Of a DNA stretch of 28,582 bases, positions 8,187 through 19,400 are shown piece after piece. Every line of letters begins with the position of its first letter. The stretch's first letter is position 1. Below the pieces are notes generated by a model. The model was not told the DNA's origin. It made no database searches and worked only from the letters and a program-made list of their open reading frames with translations. Position numbers and translations under genes: made by a program. Source of the stretch: a virus (Duplodnaviria; Caudoviricetes); IMG/VR virus record IMGVR_UViG_3300006947_000062, positions 1-28,582 of that record; one strand, 5' to 3'.

Positions 8187-11100
8187 TTGAACTACAAGCA
8201 AGATATGGTGATCTTTATGATTGGAAGACTTTAGAGCTGTCTGAAGGTGCTGCAATTCCTTTGACGTACTCTTTTGCAGATCCAGAGAAATTAACGTCAA
8301 GAGAAGCCCCATATTCTGGAACGTTTCTTTTGCCATTCTCAAATATCAACAATGATTTCTTTGCGAATTATTTCATGGTTGATCTCACAGTTGGTGATTG
8401 GAGCACTGATGTATTTCGTCCAGAGAATCCAGTTCAATGCACTCTCTTGAATGATGGTGTTTCTCTAATTGAAGGAGTCTTGCAATTGCTTAGTGTTTCT
8501 AAAACTGGACAAACATATGAATGTGCTATTAGTGGAGGTGCTGGAGATCTATTCACTCAAATGGGGAATGCAAAACTTAAAGATGTTTTTGCAAATCCAC
8601 AATTGTTCAAATACTTAAACACACCACAGAATGTGATTGCATCATGGAGTGGAGATATTACAGCTGGAAGTGTTGGTGATGGTGTCATTAGGATTCCGCT
8701 TGTTGACAAAGCAATGTCACAAGGAGGTAGATTGTACGGAAATTTTGGAATAGATGAAGGCCTGTATTTAAACAACTATTTGACACCTTCACAATTGTTG
8801 CCGTTTATGAATATTGATTACATATTCAGAACGATTTTGAACTTCTTTGGGTTTTCACTCTCAAGTGCATTCATGAGCACTTCAGTATGGACAAATCTGT
8901 ACATGTCACTTGGAAATGGATCAAATGCTTTAAAAACTTTGCCATTTTACGGATGGAAAGCTGGACTAACTTCTTCACTCACTTTGGGTGCTGGTCAAAC
9001 AAGCCTCACCATTCCATTTAACAATACTACAACAGTTGGATTGTATGATCCAGATGATAACTATGAAGAAGCAAATGCAACTTTTGTTGTTCCATCTGAT
9101 ATGTATGTTGTTTTTGATTTTTCATTCCAAGTAGATAATTCAGCTTTGACAGCTTCAGGATCAATCGGTTTTGAAATAATATCTGGAGGGTCAACAATTT
9201 CATCACAATTGTTTTTTGTTTCTGATAATGGTTTTGATACAACACAAACACCATTCACATTCACTATGCCTGAACCAGTTTTGTTAACAGCTGGATCAGA
9301 TGTTCAAATACAATTAGCTTCATTCAATTTATCTGGTGCTGTTATCAATGCAGATCCAAATTTCACGTTCTGGAGGTTTCTATCATATGAGAGTGTTACA
9401 ACATCAGGATTGATTGTTGACACCATAGCAAATTTACCAGACATCACATGCTCTTCATTTGTTAAAGATCTAGTTCAGAGATACAATTTAACTTTGTTAC
9501 CTTCATCGAGTCCACAGGAATTGATTCTAGAACCTTTAACGGACTTTATTGGATCGGGTGATGTATTAGATTGGAGCGAGAAAGTTGATCACTCACAAGC
9601 GTTTGTTGTAAGTCCAGCAACATCATTAAGAAGCAAAAACATATATTTCAATGATGGTGTTGATGCAGACTTTCCAAATCAATTCCACCAGAAAGAATAT
9701 GGAACACCACTTGGTCAATACTCATACAGATCGAGTGATACATATGCAGTTGGAACACATCAAAACAATCCAGTATTTGGAAATGTTACAATTCAATCTT
9801 TGCCAACAGCAGACTGGAACTCAAGTGATGCAACCACAATCATATATCCTCGTTTGTTTGGTGAAAGCAATGGTGCTCAAGTTCCAGTATCACACAAACC
9901 TAAAATTGTATATTGGAATGGAACTCAGTTAACTGGTCCACAAGCAATATTGATTGGAAATGTTGCAACTCAAGTGTATGGATGTGTCACTCCATTTCAC
10001 ACAATACCAATAACAGACACAACACAGAGCACATACTGGAGGCACACATATAAAACTGCTGCTGGTTCTCCTTTGATTGGTCAAAATTATGCTCTTGGAT
10101 TAGCCAGATCATACTGGAGTAGTTATCTGCAACAAATTTACACAGAGGATGCAAGACTTGTGACTGCATTCATTGCGATAACACCAGCAGATATGAATCT
10201 GTTGACGTTTGATGATCGGATTTTCATTGATGGAATTTATTACAGAGTGATTGAGATTTCTGGATACAATCCTGTTGATCCAAAAACAACAGCTGTGAAA
10301 CTTTTGAAACTTCTGGACATTGGATCAGTTCCTTTATTTCCATCTGATGAATGCAGTTTGACATACATATCTGCAAACATAGATGGCACAACAAACTGGA
10401 ACAATGAATCAGGTGTTTCAGTAAATCCAACTCTGAAATGTTGCGAATCAGAAGGATTTACATTCTTGGTACAAGGAACAACACCGCAATGTTGGTGGAA
10501 CTGGCTTGGAGATGGAGGAAATGGTGATCCAGATGGCTTTGATGGTGTTGGTAGTAATGGTGGTGATGGTGTTATCACTGGAGATGATTTCACTCATGGA
10601 GGTGGTATCAAATCTGGTGTAGGTGTTTCTGGCATTCCTCCCAGATCATATGATCCTCAACTACCTATTCCAGTAGGAGCACAACAAGGAACACATTTAT
10701 TGAGGCAAAGTTCCAAGAATTTCAGCATGGCTTGGTCACAAAATGGAACTGCTTCATACACCAACAACCTGACAAATGTCGGAATGAGTTCATCAATGAC
10801 TTTCCAACTTCATTGTGTGACAAACAGTCCTGATGCAGTCACAGCTGGAGTATCTGGAAAATCAACAAGTGATCTGTATATCCCAGTCAATACAACAGCA
10901 CATTTCAAAGTGAATGCGCTTGGTGTAATATATGCAGCTAAATCCAAAACTATTGGAGACACCTATTTTGTATCTCAATCGGTTGTAATTAAAAACATAG
11001 GAGGAACAATTTCAACTGTTGCATCTACAACAGACGAAAGTTCAAAGGATTCTGGATTGTCAAATCCAACAGTGAGCATTGCAGTTGCATCAATATCAAA

Positions 11101-11296
11101 AGGAATTGCAACAGACAATGCACTTGATTTAAAAGTCACAGGAGAGACAGACGTTCACACTTCTTGGGTCATGGATGTCAATGTTACATATATCAATCTC
11201 AGTATTGCATCATCAATTGGAAATGGAATTGTGACAGAAGCAAATGATTTCTTTGTTCTAGAAAACAATACACGATTAATCACACAAGCAACATGA
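8183..11296 (+). CDS. Large tail tip/baseplate hub protein
   Basis: 1037 aa. N-terminal YSGTFLLPFSNINNDFF...GVLQLLSV, C-terminal hub-like LTFDDRIFIDGIYYRVIEISGYNP, then a Cys/Gly-rich linker and a beta-rich distal domain. Confidence 0.7.
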   Translation: MIELQARYGDLYDWKTLELSEGAAIPLTYSFADPEKLTSREAPYSGTFLLPFSNINNDFFANYFMVDLTVGDWSTDVFRPENPVQCTLLNDGVSLIEGVLQLLSVSKTGQTYECAISGGAGDLFTQMGNAKLKDVFANPQLFKYLNTPQNVIASWSGDITAGSVGDGVIRIPLVDKAMSQGGRLYGNFGIDEGLYLNNYLTPSQLLPFMNIDYIFRTILNFFGFSLSSAFMSTSVWTNLYMSLGNGSNALKTLPFYGWKAGLTSSLTLGAGQTSLTIPFNNTTTVGLYDPDDNYEEANATFVVPSDMYVVFDFSFQVDNSALTASGSIGFEIISGGSTISSQLFFVSDNGFDTTQTPFTFTMPEPVLLTAGSDVQIQLASFNLSGAVINADPNFTFWRFLSYESVTTSGLIVDTIANLPDITCSSFVKDLVQRYNLTLLPSSSPQELILEPLTDFIGSGDVLDWSEKVDHSQAFVVSPATSLRSKNIYFNDGVDADFPNQFHQKEYGTPLGQYSYRSSDTYAVGTHQNNPVFGNVTIQSLPTADWNSSDATTIIYPRLFGESNGAQVPVSHKPKIVYWNGTQLTGPQAILIGNVATQVYGCVTPFHTIPITDTTQSTYWRHTYKTAAGSPLIGQNYALGLARSYWSSYLQQIYTEDARLVTAFIAITPADMNLLTFDDRIFIDGIYYRVIEISGYNPVDPKTTAVKLLKLLDIGSVPLFPSDECSLTYISANIDGTTNWNNESGVSVNPTLKCCESEGFTFLVQGTTPQCWWNWLGDGGNGDPDGFDGVGSNGGDGVITGDDFTHGGGIKSGVGVSGIPPRSYDPQLPIPVGAQQGTHLLRQSSKNFSMAWSQNGTASYTNNLTNVGMSSSMTFQLHCVTNSPDAVTAGVSGKSTSDLYIPVNTTAHFKVNALGVIYAAKSKTIGDTYFVSQSVVIKNIGGTISTVASTTDESSKDSGLSNPTVSIAVASISKGIATDNALDLKVTGETDVHTSWVMDVNVTYINLSIASSIGNGIVTEANDFFVLENNTRLITQAT

Positions 11297-11478
11297 AAAA
11301 AAACTACGTGAAAAATATGTTTATCACCATTCCAAAGATTATCAAACTTGGAACATTGAATGATTCAAAAACATACACAAAAGAAACAATCAGATTCTAT
11401 GGATATTTTGAAGAAACTGGATTCAAAGGATTTTTCAGAAAAGTATTAATGGGAATAAAAGCAAGAATAAATGTCTAA
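11293..11478 (+). CDS. Small basic hypothetical protein between tail tip and tape measure genes
   Basis: 61 aa; overlaps both neighbours, which suggests translational coupling. Confidence 0.55.
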   Translation: MKKNYVKNMFITIPKIIKLGTLNDSKTYTKETIRFYGYFEETGFKGFFRKVLMGIKARINV

Positions 11479-13315
11479 GACAGCAACGGTAAAACTCAGG
11501 ACGGAAGGCGTTAAAGAACTTACATCAGAATTATCAAAGGCAAAAAAAGGTGTTGAGGATCTTGAAGATTCACTAGAACAAACTTCTGATGCAGTGAATG
11601 ATGTCATTGCTTCTGAAGTAGTAATGGCAAAAGGCTTGGATGATTTGTCTGGTGGATCTATTACGGCATTTAAAGCTGCAACAAGAGGCGCAAAGACTTT
11701 TGTGATGGGATTGAAAACAGTGAGAGGTGCTTTGATCTCAACTGGTATAGGTGCACTTGTTGTTGTTGTGGGTTCTCTGGTTGCTTATTTCACTTCGACA
11801 AAAGAAGGAGCAGAAAAGCTAGAAATCGCAATGGCTGGATTGAAAGCTGTTTTTTCCATTTTTACAGATACGTTATCATCATTTGGAAGTGTGCTTGTTG
11901 GCATATTTACTGATCCAATTAAATCTATACAAAACTTTAATGATAGTTTAAAAAAGTTTGTACTTGACAAATTTGAAGCTATATTAGAAATGGCTGGATT
12001 TCTTGGTTCTGCATTCAAAAAATTATTTACTGGTGATTTTTCAGGTGCTGTGGACGAGGCTGGGAAAGCATTTAGAACATTCCAAGATGAATTGAATCCT
12101 ATTCATGGAGTAATGGAGGACATAGCGGATGGAATAAGTAATGTTGTAGACAAAGTAACTGGTTTAATTGTTTCCTCAACATCACTTTCGCAAAGGTCTA
12201 TTGATTTAAGAAAAGCACTTCGAGATACAAATGAAGCATTTTCAGATCAGAGAAAAGAGATTGCTGATCTGAACAAGCAAGGAGATGATACTTCACTGAG
12301 TATAGAAAAGAGAATTGCAGCAACAGAGAAAGCAGCAGCAAAAGAACAAGCGTTGATGGATCAGAGAGTTGCTAATTCTCAAGAGGCTATTGATATACAA
12401 ATAGCTGAAATGGATTTGAGAAAAACAACAGAGGAAGATGAGATCAGATTATCTGAATTGCGTGTTGCACTGTCTGATGTTCAAACCGAATCTTTAGGAA
12501 TGCAAACCAGCTTACTTACTAAGGTTAATGGATTGTATCTGGAACAAGAAGCAACAGCAAAAGAGATTGCAGATGCTGAATTGTTAAGAATAGCAACTTT
12601 GAAAACAGCAACACAATCAGCTCAACAAAATGAGATTGATGCAGTTGCTTTGAAATATGCCACACTGCATGAAATGGCAAGGGGCAATGCTGAAACTGAG
12701 AAACTCTTAAAGGAAAAACAAGAAGCAGAACTCCTTGCAATTACAGAAAAATTTGCAGTAAAAGAAGTAAAGGTTGAAACAAAAGCAGAGAAAACAAAAC
12801 AAGAATTACGCAAAGAAACGATTGATGCAATTGTTGGAATGACACAAGCAGCATTCTCATTATTTGCAGCATTGGATCAAGGGCGTGATAGTGATGATAA
12901 GAAAACAGCTAAAGCCAGATTCAAGAGAGCGAAAGCAATGCAAATTGCTGGAGCTGTTATGAGTACTGGATCAGCAATCATTGGAGCGTTATCACCACCG
13001 CCAGTAGGACTTGGGCCAACACCAGCTGGATTTGCAGCAAGTATCACATCAGCATTGACTGGAGCTGCTTCAATTGCATCCATATCAAAAACAAGATTTG
13101 ATTCAGGTGGAACTCCTGATATTGTATCACCACCAAGTTCTGGAGGTAGAAACCTAACAACAGCATTAGTGCCAGATACATTTGCACCAAGTGCAACAGC
13201 TCCAACAGACTTAGAATCATTAACAGATAAACCAATCAAAGCATTTGTTGTGGCTCAAGACATGACATCACAACAACAATTAAACGCAAATCTTTTACAC
13301 CACGCAACACTATGA
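11471..13315 (+). CDS. Tail tape measure protein
   Basis: 614 aa, Ala/Leu/Glu-rich helical protein; ALISTGIGALVVVVGSLVAYF hydrophobic segment; coiled-coil middle; C-terminal PIKAFVVAQDMTSQQ. Confidence 0.85.
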   Translation: MSKTATVKLRTEGVKELTSELSKAKKGVEDLEDSLEQTSDAVNDVIASEVVMAKGLDDLSGGSITAFKAATRGAKTFVMGLKTVRGALISTGIGALVVVVGSLVAYFTSTKEGAEKLEIAMAGLKAVFSIFTDTLSSFGSVLVGIFTDPIKSIQNFNDSLKKFVLDKFEAILEMAGFLGSAFKKLFTGDFSGAVDEAGKAFRTFQDELNPIHGVMEDIADGISNVVDKVTGLIVSSTSLSQRSIDLRKALRDTNEAFSDQRKEIADLNKQGDDTSLSIEKRIAATEKAAAKEQALMDQRVANSQEAIDIQIAEMDLRKTTEEDEIRLSELRVALSDVQTESLGMQTSLLTKVNGLYLEQEATAKEIADAELLRIATLKTATQSAQQNEIDAVALKYATLHEMARGNAETEKLLKEKQEAELLAITEKFAVKEVKVETKAEKTKQELRKETIDAIVGMTQAAFSLFAALDQGRDSDDKKTAKARFKRAKAMQIAGAVMSTGSAIIGALSPPPVGLGPTPAGFAASITSALTGAASIASISKTRFDSGGTPDIVSPPSSGGRNLTTALVPDTFAPSATAPTDLESLTDKPIKAFVVAQDMTSQQQLNANLLHHATL

Positions 13316-14082
13316 AAACAGTTGAATTATTAATTGACGAAGAACTGGAGCTTTCAGGAATTACTGCAATTGCAGTTGTACGACATCCAGCCATTGAAGA
13401 AGGCTTTGTCTTTTTCAATAAAGGTGAGAAATATGTACTTGCTCAAATAGACGAAGCTAAAAGAATGCTTGTAGGGCCAGCACTAATTCCAGAAAAAAGA
13501 ATTGGAAGATACAATGATGAAGAAGATGAAGAGTATGAAGTCTTTTTCTCAGCTGAAACTGTCAGACAAGCATCTCAGCTTTATATGAAAGAGGAAAGAA
13601 CCAACTCACACACGTATGAACATGCTGAAGAAGTCGAAGGATTAACAGTTGTGGAATCATGGTTGATTGAAGATCCTTTACGTGATAAAGCAGCACTGTA
13701 TGGATTTGATCATTTGCCAGTTGGAACATGGATGTTGGCCATGAAAATCAACAATGAAGATGTATGGAACTCAATTCTAAAAAAAGAAGTGAGAGGATTT
13801 TCAATTGAAGGATTTTTCACAGATCAATTAATCAAAGCACAAAAATCACAAAAGAGATCACCATGTCCAAACTGCCCAAAAGATGCTGAAACAATGGAGC
13901 AGTTAAAATCTCTTGTATTAGAGGAAATGGAATCTGTATTCACTCTGGATGGCAAACCACTTTGGAGGACTATTGAAGAAGCAGAGCTGTATGGAGAGCT
14001 ATTCAATAATTGCATTGGATATCATGAGCACAAAGTTGATGATATGGTGCTCTACATGGCTTGTGAGGATCATGAGAAGTGA
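13312..14082 (+). CDS. Prohead maturation protease (XkdF-like serine peptidase) with C-terminal Cys/His module
   Basis: KRMLVGPALIPEK, HTYEH, VESWLIE, GTWMLAMK, VRGFSIEG; upstream of scaffold and capsid genes. Confidence 0.85.
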   Translation: MKTVELLIDEELELSGITAIAVVRHPAIEEGFVFFNKGEKYVLAQIDEAKRMLVGPALIPEKRIGRYNDEEDEEYEVFFSAETVRQASQLYMKEERTNSHTYEHAEEVEGLTVVESWLIEDPLRDKAALYGFDHLPVGTWMLAMKINNEDVWNSILKKEVRGFSIEGFFTDQLIKAQKSQKRSPCPNCPKDAETMEQLKSLVLEEMESVFTLDGKPLWRTIEEAELYGELFNNCIGYHEHKVDDMVLYMACEDHEK

Positions 14083-14126
14083 TACGTTTCAATGAAAAAC
14101 ATATATATACATGAACAAGTAATATC

Positions 14127-14753
14127 ATGAGCAAAACAATAGACAAGATCAGAGGACTTTTGAACCTCCCAAACCTCACCAAATTCTATGCTGAAGCAAG
14201 ACTTGATGATGGTCGCTTAGTAGTAACAGAGGCCGAATCAATGGCTGTTGGTGTTGAGATTTCTGTGATGTCTGATGAAGGCAATGCAGATTATCTTGAT
14301 GACGGCACATATGCACTTGAAGATGGAACTGTTCTTGTTGTTGCTGAAGGTCGTATCACACAACTTGGAGAAGATGAACCAGAAGCGGAAGCAGAAGTGG
14401 AAGTGGAAGTTGAAATGGCTGAAGGTGATGAAGCAGATGTGCAAGATTGGGCTGGTATGGAGAAGCGTATCCAGAATCTTGAGGATGCTGTTGCAGATCT
14501 TAAAAGTGATAAGGTATCTGCTTATGAAGAAAAAGAAGAAGACGAAAAAATGTCTGAATTGGCTTCTGAAATCAACGCAGCATTTGAACACATGATGGAA
14601 CGTCTTTCAGCTATTGAAAACGAACCAGCATCAAATGGAGTGAGTCATTCTCCAACAAAAGGTAAAAATCAGGACATGGATCAAGAGACATTTTCTTCAT
14701 TGAAAACATCTGAAAGAGCACATGCAATTATTTCAAACTTCGCAAAAAACTAA
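14127..14753 (+). CDS. Capsid scaffolding protein
   Basis: Very acidic 208-aa protein with DGTYALEDGTVLVVAEGRI and a coiled coil; lies between protease and major capsid genes. Confidence 0.7.
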   Translation: MSKTIDKIRGLLNLPNLTKFYAEARLDDGRLVVTEAESMAVGVEISVMSDEGNADYLDDGTYALEDGTVLVVAEGRITQLGEDEPEAEAEVEVEVEMAEGDEADVQDWAGMEKRIQNLEDAVADLKSDKVSAYEEKEEDEKMSELASEINAAFEHMMERLSAIENEPASNGVSHSPTKGKNQDMDQETFSSLKTSERAHAIISNFAKN

Positions 14754-14754
14754 A

Positions 14755-15735
14755 ATGAAGTATATTAAAAAAACCTCATTCAATGCAGAGGATAAAAGCG
14801 TTGCAAACAAGCATGAATTTGCTGGGCCAACATTAACATCTCCAACATATGCTGGAGAGTTAGCATTGCCTTTTGTAAGTGCTGCTTTGAAAAGTGGTGC
14901 TACCTTAGCAAATGGATGGATCAGAACCATTGACAATGTATATTACAAAGCTGTAATAAACCAAATTGAAGGTGCTTCACTTATTGCTGATGCATCTTGT
15001 GATTTCGCTGATGGTGGATCTGTTACAATTACAGAGAACATTCTTGAAACAAAAGAACTAGCTGTAAATATTGACCTTTGCAAAAAGACAATGCGTCAAT
15101 CATGGTTAGCAGCTGAGACTGGAAACAGTTTAAACTCTGACATGCCAGTTGCATTCACTGATTATGTAATTGGTCACATTGCTGGATTAGTAGCTCAAGC
15201 AACTGAGAACTCAATCTGGCTTGGAGCTGCTGCAACTGGTGGACAGTTTGAAGGATTCTTAACAGCTACAACTGGAATATTCAATTTGGCTGGAAGTGGT
15301 GTAAATGCAGTAACTACAATCTCACCATACACGAAAGATATTATTGTTGTGGAAATGGAGAAGGTACTTGATGCTTGTTCATCAGAAGTATTAGCAAAGC
15401 CAGACTTCGCACTTTATGTCTCACCAAAATCATTATTCCTATACCAGCAGCATCTTGGAAAAGAAGGATATGTGAATGACTACCAAGCAAACGGAAAGCC
15501 ATCTAACATATACGGATATCCAATCTATGCATGTCCTGGAGTTCCAGACAATCAGATCATTGCTACATATGCAAGCAACCTTGTATTTGGATCTAACATC
15601 CAAACAAATATGACTGAAGTTCGTACAATAGATATGTCACCAATTGACGGATCTGACAACGTGCGTTTCATCATGCGTTATGCAGCTGGAGTTCAGGTTG
15701 GAGTAGGTGCTGATATCTACTGGGGTAAGGCTTAA
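14755..15735 (+). CDS. Major capsid protein (HK97 fold expected)
   Basis: About 326 aa; TYAGE, ELAVNIDLCK, ENSIWLG, IDMSPIDGSDNVRFIMRYAAGVQ; follows protease and scaffold. ATG 14755 lies just after the scaffold stop. Confidence 0.85.
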   Translation: MKYIKKTSFNAEDKSVANKHEFAGPTLTSPTYAGELALPFVSAALKSGATLANGWIRTIDNVYYKAVINQIEGASLIADASCDFADGGSVTITENILETKELAVNIDLCKKTMRQSWLAAETGNSLNSDMPVAFTDYVIGHIAGLVAQATENSIWLGAAATGGQFEGFLTATTGIFNLAGSGVNAVTTISPYTKDIIVVEMEKVLDACSSEVLAKPDFALYVSPKSLFLYQQHLGKEGYVNDYQANGKPSNIYGYPIYACPGVPDNQIIATYASNLVFGSNIQTNMTEVRTIDMSPIDGSDNVRFIMRYAAGVQVGVGADIYWGKA

Positions 15736-15760
15736 TATTAACTGAAAAAAATTAAAACAA

Positions 15761-16333
15761 ATGCCGTGTTTACTTACAAAAGCCATAGGACTAAACTGCA
15801 AAGACACAGTTGGTGGAATCAAGGCAATTTATTTTAGTGACTTTCAAGTGGCTGGATATTCTGAAATGACATTTGCTTCTGGTGTTTTAACTGGAATCGG
15901 TGTTGCTCAACAAGTGTTCAGATACGATGTGCAGCCAAATACAGCTTCACTGACTACAACTGTCACTAATGAACCAGCTGGATCTGCATCATTTGATTCA
16001 GCTCTTGAGATTACTTTAAATATCTTGAAGCAATCAACATCTGATGAATTGCAACTGTTAATCCAAACGAGAGTATTTGCGTACATCTTGGATGCGAATG
16101 ACAATGTGTACTGCATTGGACTTCAAAATGGATGCACAGTGACTGGTGGAACGTTTGTCACTGGTCAAGCTAGAGCTGACATGCAAGGTTATACACTAAC
16201 TGTGACAGCTGGTGAAGGTGAATATCCTCCATCTATTACAGCAAGTGATTCATCTGATGCGGCTGCATGGCCATTTGACGGTGTAAATGCTGGAGCTGGA
16301 GCTGCTGACTTTACTGTGACGAATCCAACATAG
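15761..16333 (+). CDS. Major tail (tube) protein
   Basis: 190 aa; NCKDTVGGIKAIYF, TGQARADMQGYTLTVTAGE; shares a terminator with the capsid gene, as expected for a high-copy subunit. Confidence 0.7.
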   Translation: MPCLLTKAIGLNCKDTVGGIKAIYFSDFQVAGYSEMTFASGVLTGIGVAQQVFRYDVQPNTASLTTTVTNEPAGSASFDSALEITLNILKQSTSDELQLLIQTRVFAYILDANDNVYCIGLQNGCTVTGGTFVTGQARADMQGYTLTVTAGEGEYPPSITASDSSDAAAWPFDGVNAGAGAADFTVTNPT

Positions 16334-16356
16334 GATTTCAAATAACTAATTGAAAG

Positions 16357-16387
16357 AGGGGTGGCAATACGCCATCCCTTTTTTTTT
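16357..16387 (+). terminator. Rho-independent terminator after the capsid/tail tube genes
   Basis: Stem AGGGGTGGC / GCCATCCCT (one G-U pair), loop AATAC, followed by a T run. Confidence 0.9.
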
Positions 16388-16410
16388 CTTAAATATCTCA
16401 ATATCTCATA

Positions 16411-19400
16411 ATGATTCAACTTACAAAAGGAACAAACACACTTGATATCAATCTCAGTGATTTCAGTGGTGCATCTGATGAGTTGGTTCAAAATGGGCAA
16501 TTCACTGACATTGGGCCAAACACAGTCAACAATGGTTCTTTCAATGAGACAGCAGCTGTCAATCTACTCAATCCAAACTTTAATGACATAGGATCTGAGC
16601 TTGTAACGAACGGAGATTTTAGTGCTGTTCCATTAGGTAGTGAGTTAATTCTTGACGGTAATTTTCCTTCACCAAATGAACGTTGGAGTAATGAAACGGG
16701 TTGGTCGATTGGAAGCAACGTGGCAAGTTATAACGGAACCTCTGCAAATAACGCCATATCGCAAAACAGAGGAGTCATTATTGCTGGTAAGACCTATCGC
16801 TTGTCTTTTACTGTTTCAAATTATCAAAGCGGAACTTTAGTTGGTGCATTAAGTAGTGGTTCTTTAACTGGAAACACTCCAGACATAACAGCAAACGGAG
16901 CGTATTCTTTTGATATTGTTTCAACTGGTGTCTTGTGTATTTTCAGAAGTACATCCAGTTTTCTTGGCTCAATCGGTAATGTATCAGTAAAAGAAGTACT
17001 CAACATTGTCACAAATGGTGACTTCAGTGAAATAGGAACGCAGCTTGTCACGAATGGTGACTTTAGTGGTGTTACTGAGTACGTTGGTACATGGTCAACA
17101 ATAGGCACAGGGTGGACTTTATCGGGGTCAAATTTAATAGGCTCATCAGGCACAACTGAAAACCTTCAAACTATTTTTGCCACCGCTGTTTCAAGAACTT
17201 TAAGGCTTTCTTATGAAATAACAAACTACAGTAGCGGACAAGTTGCGATGTTAATGGATGGGGAATCTAAAACCTTTGAAAGTGCAAACGGAATTTACAC
17301 CAGAATTATCACCACGACTTCACAAATTTTAGAAATAGACGGCAGAGATTCAGACCCATTTACAGGAACTATAACAAACATTTCTGTTAAAGAACTTGGC
17401 GAGGGGTGGACGGCAACAAATGCTGTGTTGTCTTTTGCAAATAGCCAGATGACGGTTGACGATTCGGGTGATGCGGGTGATGACTCTCGAGGTACTCAAA
17501 TTATTACAACTGAAGTAGGTAAAATTTACAATTTATCTTATAATAGAATTTCAACAACTGGGTTTTTTTATTTAGCTGTAGGAAGTAATGACACGGACAG
17601 CGATGGTTATAAAAATATATTTTACGAGAATTTAGGTGCATCAACGGGAGTGTACACGCTTCAATTTACGGCACTCAGCACAACAACTTACATAGGTTTA
17701 ATAACTTCAGGTATTAGTGCAAGTGTTTACTCTGATGTATCTGTTAAAGAGGTCGGACAGAATTGGACACCATCCACTAGTTTAGATGGGAATATTCAAT
17801 TTACTGCACAAGGTTTAAAGATTAGTAACGGAGCATCAAACGGACAGGCAAAAGTAACACAACCGTCAATATTTGAAAATGGCAAAACCTATAAATTCAA
17901 ATATAAGATAGTTGCATACAATGGTGGGGATATTGGTTTAGCTGGTGAATCTTCAGCGATGTCCAGAATCCCAGGTGACCATGTTGAATACCTTACAAGA
18001 TCAGGTGATACAACAGATTTTGTACTTGGTAAAGCAAATGATAATACTGATGTAACTGTAACAAACATCTCAGTTCAAGAGCTTGGAACGGATTGGACAC
18101 TTCAAGATGGTTGGAGTATTGGAGAAGATAAAGCGGTATGCGATGGCTCACAAACAGCTCAAAGTTCCTTATTCCAATTAGGAATTGTACCAAAATTCAA
18201 ATCTTATAAAGTCGTTTTTGATATTGTGGTAGATGCTGGTAGTATGATTGTCGCGGTAGGGGGTTCCAATGCACAGCCCACAATTACATCTACCAACACA
18301 TATACATATTACACACAAGCTACTCAAGGAGATCCTAATTTATATTTTTCTGCTCAGACTAATTTTGTTGGTTCAGTAACAAACGTAACAGCTAAGGAGG
18401 TCGGACAAAATTGGACAGTACAACAGCCAGCTGGACAATTGGTCACCTTTCCAAATAGCACACTGAAAATTGAATATGATTCAACACAGACGCAAGGATC
18501 AACTGGAGTGTATCAAGATATTCTAACGATTGGAAAGAATTACAAAATTGTTCTCAGTGTTATATTAGTTACTGGAACTTTCAAAATTCAGGTAGGAAGT
18601 AAACAAAAAGATATTACGACATCAGGCATCCATGAATTTTATACAGAAGCGGAAAGTGACAGATTATTTATTGTAAGGAGACAAAATTCTCTGAGCGTCA
18701 CAGCCGTTGTTGACACAGTATCAGTCACAGAACTTGATCCAAATTCTTACTGGAATATACCAGATCCAGCCACAACTCAAATTGCAACAAATAAAGTTGA
18801 GATAACAAATGGAATTGGTGCTGTGATTACTCAATCAGGAACGGAAAGCTCACAATATTTCAGGATGCAATTCACTGTTTTAGATTATGTTTCTGGAGGT
18901 GTTAAAGGCTTCGTTTCAAATAATCTTGCAAGCTCATATGCTGAAAGTGATGGAGTAAAAATACAATATATTCAAGGCGGTGGAAATGGAACTCTGTTTG
19001 CTTTGTTTTGTAATGCATTCACTGGAAACGTCACAAATATTCAACTCAATTTATTAGATCCCAATTCAAGATGGATTCCATATACAGTTGCAGCATCAAA
19101 AGTTGTTTTTAAATTTGCTGAAGTAGATCTTGAAATCAGTGCTCTTGGTGATGATGTTGGAATTATTCAAACTGGTATTATAAAACCAAAAAAAATATAT
19201 ATCATTAGCATCAGCATGAAAGCAACAGCTGCTTTAAATGTTGAGATTGCAACATCTACATTGTCAGTTATCAGTGAGGTGATTGCAACACAAGCCATCA
19301 CAACTTCATTTGTGGAGTATTCTTTTGAATTTATACCAACATCAACCACAACAAAAGATTTCTTGATTCATAGGTCTTTAGGATCTGGAAATGGTGAAAC

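Noticed and set aside
10500-10640. Collagen-like repeat in the tail tip protein
   Set aside because: Gly/Asp-rich but without sustained Gly-X-Y periodicity; treated as a flexible linker.
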